From the NCBI GenBank assembly GCA_022705325.1, contig JAKJER010000009.1, positions 38,532 to 70,531 on the forward strand: DNA of 32,000 bases. Reading direction: 5' to 3'. The DNA is from Planctomycetota bacterium. Its GTDB lineage: Bacteria; Planctomycetota; Phycisphaerae; SM23-33. A program made the translations under genes and the position numbers. The notes below the pieces were generated by a model. The model was not told where the DNA came from. It saw only the letters and a program-made list of their open reading frames with translations, and ran no database searches. Numbering within the stretch: position 1 is the stretch's first letter; each line of letters starts with the position of its first letter. Shown here in pieces: positions 23,845-32,000 of the stretch.

Positions 23845-24426
23845 ATGAATGTTGACACAAAGGTGAAATTGCCCGCCGTCGCGGCATTCGTTTGCGCTAA
23901 TTGTGCCCGCGGCGGCCTTTCACCCGCCCAGCGTCGCAAGACGCCCGTCCTGCCCACCCTGCCGTGGAAAGTCAGCGTAAAGGAAGTGCCGGTTCCCTGC
24001 GCCGGGCGGGTTCAACCCGAGCACATCCTCAAGGCCTTCGAGGCCGGCGCCGACGTGGTGTGCGTGCTGGGCTGCAAGCAAGGCAACTGTCACTACGCCG
24101 AGGGCAGCCTGCGCTGCCAACGCCGCGTCGAATATGTCGCCCAGTTGCTGGACGACCTGGGGCTGGACGGCCAGCGGGCGATGATGTTCTACCTGCCCGG
24201 TTCGGCGCGAGAGGACATGACCGCCGCCTTGGGAGCGAAGCCCCCGGAGGTCCCGAAGGACCAGGTTGAGCCTGATCGGTTGCAGTCGATGCTTTCCGAC
24301 ATTGCCCAGGAGGTCGCCCAGCGGGCCGGCCAATTGGGCCTCAGCCCGCTGCACATGAACCTGCCCTGGAAGGAACCCACCGACGCCGCATACGAAATGG
24401 AAGAGAACGATGTCGCCGAAGACTAA
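23845..24426 (+). CDS. mvhD: MvhD/FlpD-family protein (methyl-viologen-reducing hydrogenase delta subunit-like electron-transfer protein)
   Basis: VAAFVCANCARGG...VPVPCAGRVQPEHILKAFEAGADVVCVLGCKQGNCHYAEGSLRCQRRVEYVAQLLDDLGL is collinear with the MvhD signature (CxxC...C.GR....ilkAf..GADGV...GC..g.CHy..Gn.....Rv....L...G). ATG 23845 is chosen over the listed 23815. The C-terminal ~60 aa is an acidic extension. Confidence 0.85.
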   Translation: MNVDTKVKLPAVAAFVCANCARGGLSPAQRRKTPVLPTLPWKVSVKEVPVPCAGRVQPEHILKAFEAGADVVCVLGCKQGNCHYAEGSLRCQRRVEYVAQLLDDLGLDGQRAMMFYLPGSAREDMTAALGAKPPEVPKDQVEPDRLQSMLSDIAQEVAQRAGQLGLSPLHMNLPWKEPTDAAYEMEENDVAED

Positions 24427-25315
24427 GTTGTCGCAGACGTTGGAGGCAGGGGGGATGGCCCTGACCGCCGAGTGCCTGGTCCCGCTTGCCCGTGGGGCCG
24501 GTGCCATCGAGGCCTTGGCCGCCCAGTTCCCCTCCTCGCTGGACGCCGTGGTGGTGGGCGATAACCCGCAAGGCGCGGGCGGATCGCCCCTGGCCTGCGC
24601 GTCGATCCTGGCCGGGCGAAAGCTCGAACCCGTTCTGTCGATGGTCACGCGCGACCGCAACCGCATCGCCCTGAACGCCGACGTATTCGGGGCCTCTGCC
24701 CTTGGCGTGTCGGGCCTGCTCTGCTTGAGCGGTGAGCACCAGGCGCTGGGCGCTTGTCCGCAGGCGGGCGGGGCTTACGACATGGACTCAGTCCAGTTCA
24801 CCGCCGCCTTGCAGACGCTGGCGGAGAAGGGCGTGGACTTGACCGGTCAGAGTGTGCAGGACCCGCCGACATTCTTCGTCGGGGCGGCCGCCCACCCGTA
24901 CCTTCGGCCGATCGAACTGAATCTCATCCGCCTCAAGAAGAAGATCCGAGCCGGGGCCAGGTTCCTGATCACCCAGGCCATCTTCGACCTGGCCGGCTTT
25001 GAGGAGTGGATGGGCGCCGTCCGCCAGGCCGGCCTCGACAAGCAGGCGCCGATCATCGCCAGCGTCCTGCCGCTGCGCAGCGTGGAGGAAGCCCTTCGGA
25101 TGCAGGCCAAGCCCACCTACGGTCCGGTGGGGCAGGACGTGATCGACCGGCTGAAGTCGGCCTCAGACGTGGCGGCCGAAGGGATCGCCATCGCCGTCGA
25201 GGTCGCCCGAAAGCTCAAGGCCATCGCGGGTGTCCGCGGCATCCACATCCTGTGCGGCGGGTGCGAAGAGGCGGCGGCGGTCATCGTCCGGGAGGCCGGC
25301 CTGGCGTCCGCCTAG
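24410..25315 (+). CDS. metF: Methylenetetrahydrofolate reductase family protein (short MetF type)
   Basis: MTHFR-like blocks occur in order: SMVTRDRNRIAL, GVSGLLCLSGEH, FVGAAAHPY, LKKKIRAGARFLITQAIFD, IIASVLPLRS, VRGIHIL. The ATG at 24410 overlaps the mvhD-like stop (24424-24426) by 17 nt. Confidence 0.8.
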   Translation: MSPKTKLSQTLEAGGMALTAECLVPLARGAGAIEALAAQFPSSLDAVVVGDNPQGAGGSPLACASILAGRKLEPVLSMVTRDRNRIALNADVFGASALGVSGLLCLSGEHQALGACPQAGGAYDMDSVQFTAALQTLAEKGVDLTGQSVQDPPTFFVGAAAHPYLRPIELNLIRLKKKIRAGARFLITQAIFDLAGFEEWMGAVRQAGLDKQAPIIASVLPLRSVEEALRMQAKPTYGPVGQDVIDRLKSASDVAAEGIAIAVEVARKLKAIAGVRGIHILCGGCEEAAAVIVREAGLASA

Positions 25316-25332
25316 CCGGCTGGAGAAGCCCC

Positions 25333-26757
25333 ATGCCCGACAGATACCACATTCACACTGCTCCGACTCCAGGCCAGTTCCGGCGCGTGGGCAAGTACGG
25401 AAACGTCGACTGGCGCGAGGACTGTTCGCGATGTTCCAACTGCGTCAAGCTCCGCTGCTGCTTCGACGCGTACAAGAAGGAAAACGCCTACAACTACGAC
25501 GCCAAGGCCCCCGTCGAGCCCCTCAACGACTGCAAGGCCTGCCTGTCCTGCGTCCAGGGCTGCACCAAGGGCCTGCTCAGCCTGTCCATCAACCCCGAGT
25601 TCCTGGACATGGGCAACGAGTACTGGACGCCGGACATCATCATCAACACCTGGAACCAGGCCGACGCCGGGCGAATCCCCGTCAGCGGCGCCGGCTACCG
25701 CGGGCCCTTTTGCGGTCCGGGGTTCGATTCGATCTGGACGGACATGTCCGAGATCGTCCGCCCCACCCGCGACGGCATTCACGGCCGGGAGTACATCAGC
25801 ACCGCCGTCGACATCGGCTACAAACCCTTGCGGCTGAGTTTCTCGCCCGAGGGCAAACTGCTGGACGACGAGACGCACCTGGTGGAGACGCAGTTGCCGC
25901 TTCTGCTGGACGTGCCCACGTGCGGGCCGACCAACCAGCCTTTGGCCATGGCCCGGGCGGCAGCGGCCAAGGAGTTGAAAACGCTGGCGGTGGTGCGGGC
26001 GGAAAACGCCGGCGCGATCCCCGTGGAGCACCATTTGGTGGTCGTGCCGATTCTGAATCGCGCCGACCTGGACACCTGCGACTGGCTGATCAAGCAGGTC
26101 TCGATGGTTGAGTTGGAGGACGGCCCGGAACTGGTTGAGATGGTCCGTATTGTCCGGACCCTCAAGCCACACGTGGTGGTGGCCGTCCGCATGGCCCTGG
26201 GCCCCAACGCCGCGGACGAGGTCATGGCGCGAACGAAACAAGGCCTGCGGGTCTTCCACCTGGTCGCGGACCCCAACGGGCGCGAGGTGGGCGCCGCCTC
26301 CCCGCGGCACATCAAGGACGCGCTCCGCGAGATCCACGGCCGGCTGGTCGTCGAGGGCCTGCGGGACGAAGTGACGTTGATTATCTCCGGCGGGATCGCG
26401 CTGGCCGAACACATGGCCAAGGCAATCATCTGCGGTGCGGACCTGGTGGGTGTGGACACGCCGCTGCGGATCTCGCTGGGCTGCACGGTCTGCGGCGGGA
26501 TGCGCAACGGCCGAGGCCCCGAGGCGGGCCAGGAGCTGGTCTCGCTCGGGCGATGCTCGGTCGGCATTCGTCCACACCAGGTAACCTACGCCGCCCAGCG
26601 GATGATCAACCTGATGGGCGCCTGGCACTCGCAGTTGATCGAGGTGCTGGGGGCGATGGGCATTCGAGAAGTCAGGCGCCTGCGAGGGGAGACAGGGCGC
26701 GCCATCTTCATGGAAGACATGGAACGCGAGGCATTCGGTGACCTTATCCGTACATGA
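25333..26757 (+). CDS. Glutamate-synthase-related protein (GltB FMN-domain paralogue, degenerate) with N-terminal 4Fe-4S ferredoxin-type Cys motifs
   Basis: SD GGAGAAG at 25322-25328 precedes the ATG at 25333 (MPDRYHIHT...). Cys motifs CSRCSNCVKLRCC and CKACLSCVQGC. It is a clear paralogue of the next ORF (WTPDIIINTWNQ vs WTSDLILSTWHM; LIISGGIALAEHMAKAIICGADLVGV vs LIVSGGIRTAWDLLKAVALGADGVVIG; RMINLMGAWHSQLIEVLGAMGIREVRRLRG vs RLINLIAAWREQIVEALVRLGMTSIRELRG). It lacks the GGMSFG, QGAKPG and GGTGA motifs. The listed upstream extension (25006-25332) is Arg/Pro/Gly junk overlapping metF. Confidence 0.8.
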   Translation: MPDRYHIHTAPTPGQFRRVGKYGNVDWREDCSRCSNCVKLRCCFDAYKKENAYNYDAKAPVEPLNDCKACLSCVQGCTKGLLSLSINPEFLDMGNEYWTPDIIINTWNQADAGRIPVSGAGYRGPFCGPGFDSIWTDMSEIVRPTRDGIHGREYISTAVDIGYKPLRLSFSPEGKLLDDETHLVETQLPLLLDVPTCGPTNQPLAMARAAAAKELKTLAVVRAENAGAIPVEHHLVVVPILNRADLDTCDWLIKQVSMVELEDGPELVEMVRIVRTLKPHVVVAVRMALGPNAADEVMARTKQGLRVFHLVADPNGREVGAASPRHIKDALREIHGRLVVEGLRDEVTLIISGGIALAEHMAKAIICGADLVGVDTPLRISLGCTVCGGMRNGRGPEAGQELVSLGRCSVGIRPHQVTYAAQRMINLMGAWHSQLIEVLGAMGIREVRRLRGETGRAIFMEDMEREAFGDLIRT

Positions 26758-28315
26758 CACGCAAACGGCGGAAGGTCCGGTCAGCCAGCAGGCCCCCGAG
26801 ATGATCGGCGGCCAGCCTTGCCCGCAGGAACACGTCGAGCGAATCGTCCGCCCGGCGCCCGACCGGTATCGCAATGCTCTGGGCAAGTACAAGATCAACC
26901 GCACTGCCGACTGCATCGGTTGCGGTCTCTGCGCTCGACTCTGCCCGCACGGCGTGCACGTGAAGGACGCCTCCTATACCTTCACGCTTCGCCCACAGGA
27001 CCACCTGTGCGTGGGCCCGGAGTGCATGACCAGCGACCACTTCTGCGTCGATCGCTGCCCGCAGCACGCCCTGTCGCTGGTGCCGAACCCTTCAGCCGAC
27101 TGCATGGGCGATCCCCGCTGGACCTCCGACCTGATTCTCTCCACATGGCACATGGCCGAAACGGGGCATGCCCCCACCAATGGGCTGAACTACCGCACGG
27201 GAGCCAGCAATGGCGGGTTCGATTGCCTGGACCTGGTCTTTCCGGAGAAGCCTTCCAAGGCCGTCGCGCCGGAGGAAGTGGACACCGGCATCGACCTCAA
27301 CCGCAGCGAGGACGGCCGGCCCCAGGTCCACATCGACGTGCCCCTGTACGGTGGGGGCATGTCCTTTGGTTCGGTCAGCATCCACACGATCCTGGCCAAG
27401 GCCCGGGCCGCCACCGCGTGGAACACCTTTACCTGCACGGGCGAGGGCGGATACCCGGACCGGCTCAAGCCCTATGACGACCACGTCATCACGCAGGTGG
27501 CCACTGGGCTGTTCGGCGTGCGGGAAGAGACCATCCAGCGGGTGCGGATTGTGGAGTTCAAGTACGCCCAGGGCGCCAAGCCGGGCCTGGGCGGACACCT
27601 GCTGGGCGACAAGAACACGCCCTCGGTGGCGCGGATGCGCGAGGCGGTCGCCGGCAACGCCCTGTTCTCGCCCTTCCCGTTCCACAGCGTCTACAGCGTT
27701 GAGGACCACAAGAAGCACGTGGACTGGATCAAGGAGATCAACCCCAAGGTGCTGGTCTCGGTCAAGGTGTCCACGCCGACCGACGTAGACATGGTGGCCG
27801 TGGGCAGCTTCTACGCCGGGGCCAACATCATCCACCTCGACGGCAGTTATGGCGGGACGGGGGCGGCCCCCGACATCGCCAAGAAAAACATCGCCATGCC
27901 CATCGAGTACGCCATCGCGAAGGTGCACAAGTTCCTGGTGGCCGAGGGCATTCGCGACAAGGTTACCCTCATCGTCAGCGGCGGCATTCGCACGGCTTGG
28001 GACCTGCTCAAGGCGGTTGCGCTGGGCGCCGACGGAGTGGTGATCGGGACGGCCGACATGGTCGCCCTGGGCTGCGTGCGGTGCTCCTGCTGCGAGAGCG
28101 GCCGGGGCTGCCCGCGCGGCATCGCCAGCACCGACACCGAGCTAAGCCAACTGATGACCCTGGAGTGGGCGACCCAGCGGCTGATCAACCTGATCGCCGC
28201 CTGGCGCGAGCAGATAGTCGAAGCCCTGGTTCGACTGGGCATGACCAGCATCCGCGAGCTGCGCGGACGCAGGGACTGCCTGCGGTACACGCCCCCCGCG
28301 GAGGTGAACGCGTGA
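26738..28315 (+). CDS. Glutamate synthase FMN-binding domain protein (archaeal-type GltB domain 2) with N-terminal ferredoxin-type 4Fe-4S motifs
   Basis: CIGCGLCARLCPHG and CVDRCPQHAL. Catalytic-domain motifs: LYGGGMSFGSVS, CTGEGGY, KYAQGAKPGLGGHLLG, SPFPFHSVYSVEDH, LDGSYGGTGAAP, VSGGIRTAWDLLKAVALGADGVVIGTA, LGCVRCSCCESGRGCPRGIASTD. The start is either GTG 26738 (GAGG 6 nt upstream, overlapping the previous gene by 20 nt) or ATG 26801. Confidence 0.85.
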   Translation: MTLSVHDTQTAEGPVSQQAPEMIGGQPCPQEHVERIVRPAPDRYRNALGKYKINRTADCIGCGLCARLCPHGVHVKDASYTFTLRPQDHLCVGPECMTSDHFCVDRCPQHALSLVPNPSADCMGDPRWTSDLILSTWHMAETGHAPTNGLNYRTGASNGGFDCLDLVFPEKPSKAVAPEEVDTGIDLNRSEDGRPQVHIDVPLYGGGMSFGSVSIHTILAKARAATAWNTFTCTGEGGYPDRLKPYDDHVITQVATGLFGVREETIQRVRIVEFKYAQGAKPGLGGHLLGDKNTPSVARMREAVAGNALFSPFPFHSVYSVEDHKKHVDWIKEINPKVLVSVKVSTPTDVDMVAVGSFYAGANIIHLDGSYGGTGAAPDIAKKNIAMPIEYAIAKVHKFLVAEGIRDKVTLIVSGGIRTAWDLLKAVALGADGVVIGTADMVALGCVRCSCCESGRGCPRGIASTDTELSQLMTLEWATQRLINLIAAWREQIVEALVRLGMTSIRELRGRRDCLRYTPPAEVNA

Positions 28316-30927
28316 ACGGTTTGCCTGAACGTATCCTGACATCGAGAAGCCTGATGTACCCGCCTGTGGACCCGCGGTCGCTGACCCAGCCGACGTCGCA
28401 GGAAGAAGAAGGCGGCTGCGGCGTCACCGGGTTCATCTGCACCGAGCCCGTCCGGGGCAAGTTCATCTACGAGCCCTCGGTCCAGATGCACAACCGCGGC
28501 AACGGCAAGGGCGGCGGGATAGCTGCCGCCGGGCTGGTGCCCGAGGAGATGGGCGTCTCGCGAGAGGTACTCGACTCGCACTACCTCATCCAGGTAGCCT
28601 TGCTGGATCCGTCGGCCGTCAACGAGGTCGAGCAGCAGTTCATCCTGCCCCAGTTCGACGTGGCGCTGGCGACGTCGATTCCGCACATCGACGACTACCG
28701 CGACATCCCCGGGCTGGACGTTCGCCCGCCGGACGTGCGGCGGTACTTCGTCCGCGTCAAGGGCGACGTGTTGCGGACGTTCGCGAAGGCGACCGAACTG
28801 GAGGCCCTGACGCCGCGCGACCTGGAGGACGAGTTCGTTTATCGCAACACGTTCCAGCTCAACGAGAAGTTCTACACCTCGCTGGGCGAGAAGCGGGCGT
28901 TCGTGCTTTCGCACGGGCGCGATCTGTTGATCTTCAAGATCGTCGGTTACGCCGAGGAAAACGTCCGCTACTACCGGCTCCAGGACATGCGGGCCCATGC
29001 GTGGATCGCTCACCAGCGATACCCCACCAAGGGCCGGGTCTGGCACCCCGGTGGGGCCCACCCGTTCATCGGGCTCAACGAGGCCCTGGTGCATAACGGC
29101 GACTTCGCCAACTACCACTCCGTCTGCGAGTACCTCCGCCAGCGAAACATCCGCCAGCAGTTCCTGACTGACACCGAGGTCTCCGTCCAGCTCTTCGACC
29201 TGTGGGACCGCGTCTACAAGTACCCGCTGGAGTACATCATCGAGGCTCTGGCCCCGACCACCGAACTGGACTTCGACCAGCTTCCGTTGGACAAGCAGCG
29301 GATCTACCGCCAGATCCAGGCCACGCACATCCACGCGTCGCCCGACGGTCCGTGGTTCTTCATCATCGCTCGCTCCAAGCCCGATCTGCGGCAGTTCCAG
29401 TTGATGGGCATTACCGACACGGCCATGCTTCGCCCGCAGGTGTTCGCCCTCAGCGACACCGGGCAGGTGAAGATCGGCCTGATCTGCTCCGAGAAGCAGG
29501 CGATCGACGCCACGCTCCGCAGCCTGGCCAAAGAGGACAGCCGCTTCAGCCCGGTGGCCGACCGTTACTGGAACGCCCGCGGCGGCAGCCATACCGACGG
29601 CGGGGCGTTCATCTTCACCGTTACCCGGCAGGACGACAGTACGTGCACGATGGGCTGCGCCGACAAGTTCGGCCTGCCGGTCAGTGTGAACGCCGAGGGC
29701 GTGCGCGTGGACCCGGTCCGGCCGGGACTGAGCGTCGACGACGCCGTGCGGGAGCAAGTCAGCCAGGCCCTGAACGAGGGCGAGCCGGCCGCCTTGGCCA
29801 AGACGTTCATCCAGAAGGTGGGCGTCTGGTCCGGCGACGAGTTGCAGGCTTTCTGCGAGGCGATTGTCCTCTCGGCCGACAACGCAAGGGCCCGTGCTAA
29901 CGCCATCGAAGCGATGACGCTGCTGCTGGACCGGCCCTTCCCGTGCGGGGACAAGCGGCGCAGCTCGCTGCTGGTCCTGATCGGCCAGACGCTGGACCGG
30001 CTGTTCGACGCCGCTCCGCTGTTCGGCCAGCCGGCGACGAGATACTACCGCCGCATAGACTGGGGCAGCCGTTCGCGTCTGGCCGCTCCCGGCGCGGGCG
30101 AGGAACTGCTGGTCATCGACGCCGAGAAGTTTCCGCCCGAGGGCGACGACTGCGACGCCGTGCTGATGCGGAAGGCGTACACGCTAGGCTGGAAACGGTT
30201 CATCGTTTATCGCCTCCGCGGGCAGCGGTTCCACGGCGCCGGGCTGGGCGCCGACACCGCCGCCATTCGCATCGACCTCTACGGCAGCAGCGGGGACTAC
30301 GTCGCCAGCGGCATGGACGGTCTGCAACTCTACATCCACGGCAACGCCCAGGACCAACTCGCCCAGATCGCCAAGCGCGGCAAGCTGGTCATCTACGGCG
30401 ACGTCGGGCAGACCTTCATGTACGGCGGCAAGGGCGGAGAGGTCTACGTGATGGGCAACGCCGCCGGGCGCCCCCTCATCAACGCCGTTGGCCGCCCGCG
30501 CGTGGTCATCAACGGCACGTGCCTGGACTTCCTGGCCGAGTCGTTCATGGCCGGCGACCCGGTCAACGGCGGGGGGTTCGTCATCCTCAACGGCATCGAG
30601 TTTGACCCGCAGGGGCACATCGTCGAACAGGCCTCGCCCTATCCGGGCAGCAACCTGTTCTCGCTGGCCTCGGGCGGGGCGATCTATATCCGCGACCCGC
30701 ACGGAAAGGTCAACGACCGGCAGTTGAACGGCGGCGTGATCAGCTCGTTGGACGACAAGGACTGGAGGTTGATCCGCCCGTACCTGATGGAGAACGAGCG
30801 GCTATTCGGCGTGAGCCTGCGCGACCTGCTGACGGTAGGCGGCGAAGTCCGCCAGCCGCACGAGGTCTACCGCAAGGTCCACGCGGTCAAGCTGTCCGTC
30901 CTGAGCGCGACGGAGACAAAGAAATGA
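28312..30927 (+). CDS. Fusion of a class-II (Ntn) glutamine amidotransferase domain (GltB domain 1-like) and a GXGXG domain (GltB domain 3 / FwdC-like)
   Basis: A strong SD GGAGGTG at 28300-28306 lies 5 nt before the GTG at 28312, which overlaps the previous stop (GTGA). GATase-II cues: GGCGVTGFI, HNRGNGKGGGIA, AHQRYPTKGRVWHPGGAHPFIGLNEALVHNGDFANY. GXGXG domain: FIVYRLRGQRFHGAGLGAD...LYIHGNAQDQLAQIAKRGKLVIYGDVGQTFMYGGKGGEVYVMGNAAGRPL. The listed extension 27997-28311 is junk overlapping the previous gene. Confidence 0.85.
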   Translation: MNGLPERILTSRSLMYPPVDPRSLTQPTSQEEEGGCGVTGFICTEPVRGKFIYEPSVQMHNRGNGKGGGIAAAGLVPEEMGVSREVLDSHYLIQVALLDPSAVNEVEQQFILPQFDVALATSIPHIDDYRDIPGLDVRPPDVRRYFVRVKGDVLRTFAKATELEALTPRDLEDEFVYRNTFQLNEKFYTSLGEKRAFVLSHGRDLLIFKIVGYAEENVRYYRLQDMRAHAWIAHQRYPTKGRVWHPGGAHPFIGLNEALVHNGDFANYHSVCEYLRQRNIRQQFLTDTEVSVQLFDLWDRVYKYPLEYIIEALAPTTELDFDQLPLDKQRIYRQIQATHIHASPDGPWFFIIARSKPDLRQFQLMGITDTAMLRPQVFALSDTGQVKIGLICSEKQAIDATLRSLAKEDSRFSPVADRYWNARGGSHTDGGAFIFTVTRQDDSTCTMGCADKFGLPVSVNAEGVRVDPVRPGLSVDDAVREQVSQALNEGEPAALAKTFIQKVGVWSGDELQAFCEAIVLSADNARARANAIEAMTLLLDRPFPCGDKRRSSLLVLIGQTLDRLFDAAPLFGQPATRYYRRIDWGSRSRLAAPGAGEELLVIDAEKFPPEGDDCDAVLMRKAYTLGWKRFIVYRLRGQRFHGAGLGADTAAIRIDLYGSSGDYVASGMDGLQLYIHGNAQDQLAQIAKRGKLVIYGDVGQTFMYGGKGGEVYVMGNAAGRPLINAVGRPRVVINGTCLDFLAESFMAGDPVNGGGFVILNGIEFDPQGHIVEQASPYPGSNLFSLASGGAIYIRDPHGKVNDRQLNGGVISSLDDKDWRLIRPYLMENERLFGVSLRDLLTVGGEVRQPHEVYRKVHAVKLSVLSATETKK

Positions 30928-31577
30928 CCCCTACCCCAAGTCCCGAATCCGCCGTGTCGCCCCCTCGCCTGGCGGGCCTGGCCCGCGAGGGCCACGTCGT
31001 GCTCTCGGTCTGTGACGACGGGCAGTTCGCCCAGGCCGTCGAGGCGGCCTCGCACGCCAACGTGATGGGCTGTCTCCAGTGCCGCAAGTGCAGTTCGGGC
31101 TGCCCCGTCGCCGCCCGCGCCGACATCCAGCCCCACCAGATGGTCCGCCTGGTCCAGTTCGGACAACAGGATCGCGTGCTGGCCAGCCGGATGATCTGGG
31201 AATGCACGTCCTGCCAGACATGCGTCAGCCGCTGCCCGCAGCAGGTGGACATCGCGTCGATGAACGACGCGCTTCGCCAGATGGCCTGCCGGGCCGGCAC
31301 GGTTGCGCCCGGAACGGCGGTAACCACCTTCAACTCGATCTTCCTGCGGACCATCCAGCGCCTCGGGCGCATGTACGAGATGGGCCTCATGGCCTCGTTC
31401 AAGCTGCGGACGATGCGCCTGCTGGCCGACGTGGGCAAGTTCCCCATGATGCTGTTCAAGCGAAAGTTGTCCATCCTGCCGCCCTGGGTGGGCGGCCGGG
31501 CGGCGCGAAAAGCCCTCTTCCGCCGGGCCAGGGCTTCGGCGAGCGCCGCCGAGTCGCAGATCGGAGGCAAGCCGTGA
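30924..31577 (+). CDS. hdrC: Heterodisulfide reductase subunit C-like 4Fe-4S dicluster protein
   Basis: There are two CxxCxxCxxxCP motifs: CLQCRKCSSGCP and CTSCQTCVSRCP. The ATG at 30924 overlaps the previous stop (ATGA). GGAG at 30911-30914. Confidence 0.8.
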   Translation: MTPTPSPESAVSPPRLAGLAREGHVVLSVCDDGQFAQAVEAASHANVMGCLQCRKCSSGCPVAARADIQPHQMVRLVQFGQQDRVLASRMIWECTSCQTCVSRCPQQVDIASMNDALRQMACRAGTVAPGTAVTTFNSIFLRTIQRLGRMYEMGLMASFKLRTMRLLADVGKFPMMLFKRKLSILPPWVGGRAARKALFRRARASASAAESQIGGKP

Positions 31578-32000
31578 AGTACGCGTTCTATCCCGGTTGT
31601 TCGCTCGAGGGCACGGCCCGCGACTTCTATGCCTCCACGCTGGCGGTGGCCGGCCGGCTGGGGCTGGAACTGCCCGAGATCCCCGGGTGGATCTGCTGCG
31701 GATCCACCGCCGCCCACCAGAGCGACCCGTTGCTCGCGCTGGCCCTGCCTGCCCAGACGCTGCTGGCCGCGAGCAAGCTGGACAGCGGCGGGCGACGCAC
31801 CCCCGTGGCCGTCTGCTGCGCCGCCTGCTACAGCCGGCTCAAGATGGTCAACTACCAGCTCTCCCGCAATGCGGAAACCCGCCGGCGCGTCGCCGAGGTT
31901 GTCGGGAGCGACTACGACGGGCAGACGCCCGTCCTCCATCTGCTGGAGATCCTGGCTGCCGACTTCGGCCCGGCCCGGCTCGCCGAGTACGTCCGCCGCC
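31574..32000 (+). CDS. hdrB: Heterodisulfide reductase subunit B-like CCG-domain protein, 3'-truncated by the window edge (not in the supplied ORF track)
   Basis: My own translation from GTG 31574 (GGAGG at 31563-31567; GTGA overlap with the hdrC-like stop) gives VKYAFYPGCSLEGTARDFYASTLAVAGRLGLELPEIPGWICCGSTAAHQ...VAVCCAACYSRLKM... with no stop to nt 32000. KYAFYPGCSL and the CCG motif are typical of HdrB. Confidence 0.8.
   Translation, partial: MKYAFYPGCSLEGTARDFYASTLAVAGRLGLELPEIPGWICCGSTAAHQSDPLLALALPAQTLLAASKLDSGGRRTPVAVCCAACYSRLKMVNYQLSRNAETRRRVAEVVGSDYDGQTPVLHLLEILAADFGPARLAEYVRR

Noticed and set aside
25006-25332. Upstream extension of the ORF 25006..26757
   Set aside because: The extension is Arg/Pro/Gly junk in an alternative frame of metF. 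An SD + ATG at 25333 starts the recognisable protein.
25312-26916. 534-aa minus-strand ORF
   Set aside because: It lies antisense to the GltB-like paralogue genes and has shadow-ORF composition.
27997-28311. Upstream extension of the ORF 27997..30927
   Set aside because: The same logic applies. The extension overlaps the FMN-domain gene in another frame, and GGAGGTG + GTG at 28312 is a far better start.
27847-29757. 636-aa minus-strand ORF
   Set aside because: It lies antisense to the FMN-domain and GATase genes and has shadow-ORF composition.
30887-31939. 350-aa minus-strand ORF
   Set aside because: It lies antisense to the hdrC-like and hdrB-like genes, which carry textbook CxxCxxCxxxCP and CCG motifs.
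1-32000. Search for CRISPR arrays, tRNA/rRNA genes, IS elements with terminal inverted repeats, and integrases
   Set aside because: No regularly spaced direct repeats exist outside the in-frame 273-nt protein repeats. I saw no cloverleaf-like or rRNA-like segments, and no transposase or recombinase motifs in any frame.

Overview
High-GC bacterial window. I recognised no rRNA, tRNA, CRISPR array, transposase or integrase. It falls into three blocks. (1) nt 1-13955 is the 3' 13.9 kb of one giant ORF that enters from the left edge. It has a YD/RHS-repeat shell and an RHS core ending DPTG at nt 7725-7736. An anomalous 2,072-aa extension follows in frame: a hydrophobic and Lys-rich region of unknown function, an HExxHxxGxxD metallopeptidase-like motif, five ~91-aa cadherin-like tandem domains, and a C-terminal solenoid-like region. 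(2) nt 14146-22986 is a convergent five-gene island and the most interesting content. Three large, otherwise unrelated proteins all end in the same bipartite RyR (ryanodine-receptor repeat) domain tail. Their heads are a RelA/SpoT-like synthetase + helical repeats + coiled coil + SLOG; a TM segment + tandem RCK/TrkA-N; and a PfkB-like domain + AAA+ ATPase. A small Cys-rich ORF and a Nudix hydrolase accompany them. I propose a candidate undescribed nucleotide-signalling or conflict system, but function is inference only. (3) nt 23369-32000 starts with a 70-codon chimeric remnant (MFS sugar-porter N-terminus fused to a PfkB-kinase C-terminus, a deletion scar) and a ~40% GC intergenic dip. A translationally coupled anaerobic redox operon follows: mvhD-like, metF-like, two paralogous GltB FMN-domain proteins (one degenerate), a fused GATase-II + GXGXG protein, hdrC-like, and hdrB-like, which runs off the right edge. 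All long ORFs antisense to these genes are judged high-GC shadow ORFs.
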